The position numbers were made by a program, and so were the translations under genes. Shown one piece after another: positions 60,075-64,000 of a stretch of DNA of 64,000 bases. Under the pieces are notes generated by a model. The model made no database searches. It saw only the letters and a list, made by a program, of their open reading frames with translations, and was not told the origin of the DNA. Source of the DNA: Podarcis filfolensis (Eukaryota); assembly GCA_964270895.1 (NCBI GenBank), contig OZ185449.1; one strand, 5' to 3'. How positions within the stretch are numbered: the first letter of the stretch is position 1; the number at the start of each line of letters is the position of its first letter.

Positions 60075-63000
60075 TAATCACTATGAAGAATCTTCCCAAG
60101 GTATATATTTTTGTGACTTCCCTTTGAATCATTAAACAAAATGAAGATGAAGATGATGATGAAGAAGAAGACAGCCTTGGCTAATGAATCACAGTTCCCA
60201 GCAAATGAGCACTGGCAAATGACACAGTGAAATATGCCTGCAGCAAGGGAGAAACATATTTTGCAAATGATCTCATTGGAAAGAAAAACCTGGGCTGGCC
60301 TTGGATTTGCTACAAAAAAATTGGCACAGAGATTATCAAAAGCCTTGTCACTAGGATGTAATGGCAGGTCAGATGGGGAAGGAAAGGACCCTGGGAGGTT
60401 TGTGCTCTCTTGTTAGCTGGCTGAACAATCACTCTCTCAGTTACTAATCATGTTTTAATTTTCATATTTGAAATCGCTTCATTCAAGTCTTGTTAGACAA
60501 GCCCCCCTAAAACAGGAGATAAACTGGGTTGTCAAGATCGAGCCCCACAGAAAAAAGAGTCAACTCACAACAAGGAAAATGTTAAGCCAGCAATTTGCAC
60601 AAGATGCTCTCAGCTGGCCTCAGAGGCACCAGCAGAGTTTAAGAGAGGAATTAGCAAAAATGTACAATTCTCTCTGCAGCCATCTGCTGTTGCATAGAAC
60701 TTAAACAAGGCAAGGGAAGAAGTAATAACAAGAGGTACAAGCCACTGGTTGGAGGGAAGAGCACAGCCCTTCATTTCCTTCACTGCCTCCCATCGCTGCC
60801 TCCTTTTATTCCCCATATTTTGTGGTGTCTGTCAGCACCAAGTGCTGCTTAAGGCTGCCGTTGATGACTGCCCCAAAGTCTCAACTGGAGCAGACCTGAG
60901 CCACTAGCTCTTGACTGGGTGGAGCACCAGAATGTAAATGATGCTCCTTCTAGCACCTCCACATTTCTACCACTAGATAAGTGGGGCCAAGCATACTTCA
61001 TAGGATCACGTCTGCCACTGGGCCCCGTTAAGGCCTCCAAGATCCACCTGGAGAGGACTGCTATTTAAGGTTATGATAGGAGAGTCAGGGCACACAGCAG
61101 GGGTTCTGAAGCTACACCCATCCATTGTGAAGGCTGAGCACCTGCAAAAAATGGTGCAGGTCTTTGCTCTTTAACTTCATCTGGCTTCTGATGACTTTGG
61201 GTTAGGGAACAAAGGAGTGAACAAATGCACCAGAGTGGGATCTCTTCCAGTAGTACCACCAGCACCACCCTCGCCCTGTTGCACAGGTATCATTTTCCTC
61301 ACATCTGAAACTGCGAGCAATACCCCAAAGCTACCCCTCCAACTTTTTATTTTTGGAAAAAACAATTTTATTGGTTTCTAAACAAATACAAATACAATAA
61401 CCATTAAATGCTTATCCAGCAGTACAACTTCATTTTCCCCAGAGACCACACAACAGCTGGAGCCTAAAGATTTAGAAGCAAAGCCCACAGAACAAAGAAA
61501 CATATTTGGATGGCAAGCTTGGACACAAATCTAAAGCCAAAAGCCCAGGAAAACCTCACATCCAAACAGCCCCCAGGGAAGGAATCACTACCCTCTCTTT
61601 CCTTCAGAGCTAACAGTAAATATTTCTATATGACTATGTTGAAAGTAATAAAAGTGAGAGTTGTCATGCTTGGGAAAACTCTCCTCACTCTACACTTTAC
61701 AAACATTACTACAATTTGGCAAAATTTCTGCTTTAAAAGCCTTTAAAGTGAAATTTGAAGTGTACCTTTATTTGAAGCTTTGCATAACACTTCATGACCC
61801 TAATGGAGACCTACCATAAGTCCATAAAAACTATAAACTTGTGCCAGAAAACTCCACATTGTTCCTGAAACCAACAATTCAGGGCTCAGGGGTGTCTCCT
61901 CTGTACAGGTTGAGGCCAGGTATGTTTGTTAAGGACTTTGGGAAATTGGTAAAATCATCCTATAAACACAAACTGTGAATGCTGTGAAAATCACAAGAGT
62001 CAGGCCCAGAAACTGCATGACAGGAAAATATTTCGCTCAGGCAGCAGAATACTAATTCATAGGAGCAGCTTTGACAGGAAAAGAACAGCCATAAATTCCA
62101 CTCTGTTTACCAAATTCAACTTCAACTGCTCTTTAATATTTCAGTTAGCAAAAGGTAAGAGCGTGTACCAGCTCATCAATTCCTCATGTCACAAGACCAA
62201 CCCTGGGCATGCAGCCAGGGCATCAATCCGCACAGCCCTGCAAAATGCCTCCCAAAGAGGAGGAAACACACAAGTCAGTCTCCCAATTAACGGAGCAGCA
62301 TGTAATGGATCCACGTCATTTTTAAGTGCTTCTGTACTTTGCTGCCGCAGCACAGAGACTCACGTACTGGAGTACAGTGCCCCCCTCCTCCTTTTCACAG
62401 AAGCTGAACCATTTGGAGGAGTCCTGGGGCACCAAATGCATTTTTAACCACAGCATGCTCAGGAACACACCAGCGCTGGGAAAGGCACTTATCTGGCTTG
62501 GAATCCAAGAAAACACACAAACACACACACGTCTGCTGAGGTAAGGAAGTGTATTCTTGATCAACTGGGACAATACACAACACTATCAAATTCTAATAGC
62601 TCTCCTTCTGCCCTTCCTAAACAAACTTCCACATGTGCCACACCATCTTCTCAGATGGTGCACCACTGCTCCTAAACTAAAATCAGGTATTCATTAAAAC
62701 AAAATAGCCTTAAGAAATTCTGAGAAGTCCTTTTCCCATGAGGCATCTACATTGACCATAGGGGAGCAGAATCACACCTGCTGGTCAGTCAGGCCGCCCA
62801 TTGGCAAATTTTGAGGAAGCCACTTCCATCCAAGGGTGTAAAGAGATTTGGAGAGAAAGACTAAGAAATGAAAAAACAACATATTTCTACTCCAATTGTC
62901 AAATTATTTCCAATAAAGAAACCAATCTTTTAAAACTGTGCAACACAGGCAAATTCTTCCCGAACACCAAGGTTACTTTTCTTGAAAAGCACCAGTGTCT

Positions 63001-64000
63001 GTCTACCAGTTGCCCCATCTCCTCTCTAGTCCACCTCCAACAACACACCAGTTCCTTACACTGAGAATGTTTCTATCTGTATATCTTTGAAACTAAGAAC
63101 ATGCACAGACCCCTCTGCAAAGTCCTCAAATGTCTTGCCCTTGAGGGTGCATTTGCCAGGTGTGTCCTGGCAACACCTGCCAAAATCCTCCTTCTTCTCT
63201 AAAAGCATTTAAAGTGCAAGGTCCATCAAAATGCTGAGGTAAGAAATATCCAAGCAGCTCACCACAGTGAAGGAGGAGGAGGAAGTGTGTGTGTGTGTGT
63301 GTGTGTGTAATACACTAGCCCTCTGGCTCTTTCTAGCCTTTGGAAACTGACACCATCCTGCCCTGCAAAGTGACAGCCAATAAGCCATTTTTTGCTTGCT
63401 GACCATCTCTTGCACCCATTATCCAGCTGCTCTGGTAATTTGATTAACACACTGAGCTAATTGTATTCAAAGAAGAATCTACCAGGCATAACCCTCCAAA
63501 GAATTCTTACAGGGGGGAGGGGGGCATGCACAGGTGAAGAGAAGCAGAACAGAACTCCTGAACCAATGAGGACCACTTCCCTCACCCCAGAAAGGGATGC
63601 AACAGGTATGGAGGGCTGCTCCTTCTGCCTGCGTCCTCCTTCTTCCAGCAAAGAAAAGGACTGAGGGATGGTCTCCAAGAGGAACACTTACCAGTTGTGG
63701 GCTGTCTGGGGCCGCTTGTCCTTTCAGGGGTCCTGAGACAGGGGGTGCTGCTCTCCCTTCCCAGACTTTGACACTGAACTGGCAAGGAGGTGCTCAGCTG
63801 GCAGAGCAGGCAGGTGAAGGTGTCAGGGAAAGGAGTCCTAAATTGCCCCCCATCCCCCCTACAAAAAGAGAAGGGAATTTGCGGTGCCTCTCTTCAAAGA
63901 GCAGGTGTGGAGGGGCGCAAAAGCAGGGGCGAGATAGAAGGCGACTGTCGGGGAGGTGGGGAAGCAGGTGCTGCTGCGCTCCAACTCCCAGCAGCCTCCG

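Noticed and set aside
31495-64000. Search for TMEM250 or other coding neighbours and for NACC2 exon 1
   Set aside because: No ORF resembles TMEM250, LHX3 or another known protein. The GC-rich last ~100 bp may be the edge of a CpG island but is too short to call.

Overview
This is eukaryotic DNA from a squamate reptile, most likely a lacertid lizard (inferred from the Sauria SINE, BovB, CR1 and Penelope repeat content). It is syntenic with human 9q34.3. Two protein-coding genes are present, both on the minus strand. UBAC1 contributes coding exons 1-3 (ATG at 2033) and continues off the left edge. NACC2 (BTB/POZ plus BEN domain) has its complete CDS in five coding exons, 574 aa from 31440 to 23562, with an apparent ~5.8 kb 3'UTR ending at AATAAA signals near 17.77 kb. 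Its non-coding first exon was not found, so 31.5-64 kb is probably intron 1. An orphan CpG island at ~11.4-11.9 kb carries a TCT/5'TOP-type start, a splice donor, and ETS, CCAAT and RFX motifs but no recognisable ORF, suggesting an unannotated, possibly bidirectional, non-coding gene. The rest is a dense, nested transposon landscape: L1, L2, CR1, BovB, a near full-length RTE plus a short bipartite derivative, Sauria SINEs, hAT and Tc1/mariner MITEs, and Penelope termini with hammerhead-ribozyme remnants. No intact tRNA, rRNA, snoRNA or CRISPR array was found. All calls are by eye, without database searches.
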